A DNA stretch of 64,000 nt from Eledone cirrhosa (Eukaryota). The stretch is from contig OZ024743.1 of NCBI GenBank assembly GCA_964016885.1, positions 334,118,001 through 334,182,000 on the forward strand. The letters are read 5' to 3'. Below, in pieces: positions 59,445 to 64,000 of the stretch (position 1 is the first letter of the stretch; each line of letters opens with the position of its first letter). The position numbers were made by a program, and so were the translations under genes. The notes beneath the pieces were generated by a model. That model saw nothing but the letters and a program-made list of their open reading frames with translations. It made no database searches and was not told the origin of the DNA.

Positions 59445-61804
59445 CACTTTGAGTCCCAGGCCCTTTCCCTAGTCAGCCATTTCATCCGCAGAGGTTACCC
59501 CACCTCTCTCGTCCACACCGCTCTCACCCGCGCCCGTGCTGTCCACCGCCCTCACCCCACGCCACCGCACACCCACCCACCATCTCCCCTTCCCCTCCAC
59601 CATACCCCTCCACCGCACCATCCTCCGCCGCCTCCAGTCCGACTCCTCCACCTCACACATCTTCCCAGCCCCACCACTCCCCTCCTTTAAACGCGCACGC
59701 AATCTCCGCACCCTCCTCGTCCACAGATCCCCCCCACGCCCCCGGCTCCCTTCCCTGTCCTAGGCCCCGTTGCAACACCTGTCCCCACATCACCAACACC
59801 ACCACCTTCTAGGGTCCCAACGGCCACTCCGGCCACTCTCTCTCTGTCCGGCATGCCTCTCGCTGCACCTCCTCCAACCCAGTCTATGGACTTCGTTGCA
59901 CGGAGTGCAGCACAACCTACGTTGGACAGACTGGACGTCGCCTGGCGGACCGGTTTACCGAACACCTCCGAGATATTCGTCTCGGTGGTAGTTCCCCGTC
60001 GCCCGCCACTTTGGCGCCCCTGGACATTCCGCGTACCACCTCACAGTCTGTGGCCTACTCCAATGCCACGGAATACCCGCCACCCTCCTCACGGTCGAAC
60101 AACGAACCATCTTCACCCTACAGACCCACACTCCCCCCGGCCTTAACTCCCCACCCTTATTCCTTTAGTCTTCGACCGCCCACCCCTTCCCCCCACACAT
60201 ATCCCCCACTAACACCTCTAACACACTCCTCCTTTTCAGTGCCCACCCCACAACTAACAATAATAACGCCCCAAACCCACACCCGACCACCCTTCCCTAA
60301 ATAACAATACTAACAGCCCTCCTTTCTTCTCTACCCTCCCCTTATCTCACGCACACACCCACCGGTACATATATACACGCGCTCACACTAAACACACACC
60401 CTACTACCACCAATAACCCTCACCCCCACACATCCACCCCCAAAACTAACATCACTAACACCCCGCAACTAACATCACTAACAGCCCCCGACCCCACGCA
60501 CATGAACACACACACCCACTTACACCACCCACTCTACACGCAACTAATATCACTAACACCCCCCTACCCCACGCACACAAATGCACACACCCACCTACAC
60601 CACCCACTCTACACACCCTACCACCACTGACCCCCACTAACACCCGCATTCAACCCTTTCCCCACCACCAGTATACTAACACCCCCTTCACCACACACAC
60701 ACTCATCCAAACACGAACACACACACCAGTACACTACACTCCCTCCACGGCCCCCATACCTTTCTCTCCCCTCCCCCTCTCCGCTCCACCCACACCCTTT
60801 CTCACACACACACACATCCCACTAACACCTCTACTAATACACACCCCCTCCTCACTCCAACTTTCACACCTACCCATCCTCTCCCCCGTCCACCGCACCT
60901 CCGCACACACTGACACACCGACTTTCTTCACTTACCATTCTCCCCGACTGCTGCTATGCCCTGAATCTCTGACCACCTCTCCGCACACACAGACACACAA
61001 CCCTCCTCCTGCCTTGACACTCTGACCACTTCCTGTTGCGCGCGCACCCCACATCTCCCCTCTTCCGACCAACCCAACCACGGATTAGACACATTGGACA
61101 TTGCTCCCAGAATCAACCACATCCCAAGGATATTACCCAGCATTCCACCACATCCTCTACGGATTTACCTTAGGAACTTACCCACGGATATACACTCAAA
61201 AACTCAAAAAAAATGTTTTCCCACACGCCACCTACATCCACAACACGTATAAACACCACACACACGTGCATACCACCACATCTTTACACACTCAGCCTCC
61301 GGAATCCTCCCCCCACCCCTCTGACCCCTCCCCATCCACACACGCACACACACACACCGACCTACACCCCACCCCACACACACCTTTTCCTGAACATGCT
61401 ACCCCGTTCTTCCCCCAACACCTACTTTCACACACACACACACACACGTACACCTACACACACACACCACCTTTAGCCCTCCCCGCTCGGACACCCCGTA
61501 TCCCTCTCCCCACTCCACCCGCCACCACCCCTACACGCCCCACACCTTCCACCATTTATTTTTATTTTTATTATGCTTTTATATTTAATTTCATTTGTAC
61601 CGTTTCCTCTCACCCCCTTTTTTCTATATGTCTCTCCACCACTCCCCTACACACCCTTGGAACTCTCTTCCCACACACTTTTCACCCGAAGAAGGGCTTA
61701 TGCCCGAAACGTCGTTCCCCACCACCACCTCACTCTCAAGAGCGTGAAAATAATAAACCTTTGTTCGTACTGCCTCTCTGTTTTGTTCCCGTTCAATTTT
61801 TTAC

Positions 61805-61805
<1 letters not shown>
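59445..61805 (+). mobile_element. 5'-truncated Neptune-like PLE (thumb, CxxC linker, GIY-YIG; long C-rich 3' UTR)
   Basis: Across frames: FIRRGYP, SFKRARNLRTLLVH, RCNTCPHI, VYGLRCTECSTTYVGQTGRRLADRFTEH, EQRTIFTL..PPGLN. Clade call is inference. Confidence 0.82.
61683..61716 (+). ncRNA. Minimal hammerhead, family J (C4 core), in the Neptune-like pLTR
   Basis: CAC-CCGAAGA-aGGGC uuau GCCC-GAAA-CG-UC-GUU. Confidence 0.72.
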
Positions 61806-61828
<23 letters not shown>

Positions 61829-61835
<7 letters not shown>

Positions 61836-64000
61836 ATACTTTGGGAGGGTCATGTTGCCAATAAGAAACACACGCACAAGTTGCTTTCACTTCAATTTCT
61901 TATAATAAATTTATAAATTTAGGAATTTATAAATTTCCGGTTGGTTGGTTGGTTCCACAACCAGATGATTGTTTATATATTGTCAAAGTTCTTTCGTCAC
62001 ACATTCTGTGACCTCTTCAGTCTGTCAAACTACATCCAGGCAATGCAACCCCACATCACTAACACAAGAGAAGTAACACCACAAGAGCATGAGGATAGGG
62101 AAAAAGCCCTCAATGCCCATAAGATGATGTGGACAAATATAATGCAGCCCAACAAAAGGACTGCCAACAACTTCCAGGCCTGGAACAATGACGTGCCAGC
62201 GTTGTATGGGCTTCGAAAAGACTATAAAACGAGTAGTGACTCTGTCACAGGACCACCAACAAGGGCGTATGATGGGGCGTATGATCAGGGAGAGGAAGTA
62301 GGAAAGTATGTAGTTACTAGCTATGTTAGCTCCACAGACTGCTGTGGAGCTAACATTGCTAGTAACTACAGACTTTCCTACTTCCTCTCCCTGATCATAC
62401 GCCCTATCATTGAAATATCCCCAGATGTATGTGACAGCACGGAGGACCTCCCCAGCAGAATCGGCGAGAGTAACCGATCTAGGGACCAAACAAACTGCAT
62501 AATAGGTAGTATGGATGTTGTGTCCCTGTATCCATCTATTGACGTGGATTTTGCTGTGGAGAAATGCGTAGAAATGATCAGTGAGAGCAATGTTGAATTC
62601 CGTGGGATTGATACCAGTGAGCTGGGACTCCTACTTAAACTTACCTATAGTAATAATGATCTAGATACATATGGCCTTACCAACCTGTGCCCTACAAGAC
62701 CAGCAAGAGGCAGACCACCTACCATTACCTCAATGGCCAAGAAAACCTACACAGATAGATGGAACGGGTGGACCAGAGCCATACGGACCCCCGAAAACCA
62801 CGATGAACTAAAGAAAATGATTGCACATGCGGTGGGGGCCAGCATAAAATTAACCCTTAAGGAACATGTTCAAATTTAATGGAAAAACATATGCCTAAGA
62901 GGAGGGAGCAGCCATTGGTGTTAACATTGCAGGCGACATAGCTAACCTATTCATGGTATGGTGGGACAGTAGACTTAAACTTAAACTTAAAGAACAATTA
63001 GAAAACCCCTTAACCCTGATAATGGACTCCCGCTACGTTGATGATATAAACATCGTAGTAAAAACACCCCCACTAGAGAACAGTCAGGAATTAGAGAAAA
63101 ACACCATGGAAAGCATCCAGCAAATAGCTAACTCCGTCCACCAGAGTATTAGAGTTACTATAGACTACCCAAGCAAACACCCCAACCATCGATTACCTGT
63201 ACTAGACACAGAGCTCTGGTTAGATACCATTAATAACAAAAAACAAATCCTCCATTCCCATTATGCCAAACCCATGACTTCCAAATATCTGATCCACCGA
63301 AACTCAGCTGTTTCGGAGCATACCAAAATCAACATACTGATTGCGGATTTGGTATGAGAAACGTATCCCGCATGTGCAACCCCAAAGAACTAGAGAGACA
63401 CATACAACACTTCATCCACCGTATGCAGTTCTCTGGTTACAATCAGAGAGATAAAATCAGAGTGTATAGAGGAGCCAGAACCAAATGGGAAAAAATGGAA
63501 AAAATGGTAAATAATGACACAAATGGGACCTGCCCCTTGTATAGGAGCAAATTTTGGAATAGAATAGAAAGAAGTAGGAATAAGGTTAATAGAATCAACA
63601 CATGGTATGATAGCAATAAATACCAGAGTGTAATGTTCATCAATACAACCCCTAGAGGTGAATTAGCTTACACATTTAGAAGGGCCCTAGATAAAGATAA
63701 ACTCAATATTAAGATAGTAGAAAGACCAGGTACCTCCATAAAAACACTTATTAGCAATACATACCCCTTTCAAAGACCTCCCTGTATAGATAAGAAATGT
63801 ATAATCTGTAAATTAAGCCCCCATATTAACTGTAAAACTAGAAATGTAGTATATAGCATAAGATGTACTGAAGGACAATGTAGAGATAAGAATATAGTGT
63901 ACATAGGTGAGACAGCTCGTAGTGTAGAGGAACGGATAAATGAACACTGGCGAGACCTTCAAGATAGTAAAGATTCATCTGTACTCTACCAACATGCTAA
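61829..64000 (+). mobile_element. Nematis-like PLE (RT plus C-terminal GIY-YIG), disrupted, runs off the window
   Basis: LYGLRKD, GSMDVVSLYPSI, AIGVNIAG..FMVWWD, RYVDDI, PVLD, CIDKKCIIC, NVVYSIRC..YIGETARS..R..EH. Clade call is inference. Confidence 0.85.

Overview
AT-rich, microsatellite-dense animal genomic DNA. The SINE and LINE complement suggests a cephalopod such as Octopus (inference). No intact host gene is recognisable. The window is a nest of decayed retroelements: L1/Tx1 3' ends; three R4/Dong-type RLE LINE families, mostly with (TAA)n-associated 3' ends; RTE LINE pieces and RTE-derived non-autonomous elements with (TATG)n or (GAA)n tails; many tRNA-derived SINEs; Helitron/hAT-like non-autonomous elements; and Penelope-like elements (PLEs) of at least three lineages. 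One PLE is near full-length (11616-16837) with direct and inverted pseudo-LTRs. The most striking signal is that most (TA)n-embedded repeats are fold-back (inverted pLTR) structures carrying a type I hammerhead ribozyme. I folded about 10 distinct ribozyme families by hand, several with non-canonical cores (U3-A8, C4, A4) or very long stem II inserts. One mini-insertion (44016-44122) starts exactly at a predicted self-cleavage site. All folds and homologies were read by eye; no searches were run.
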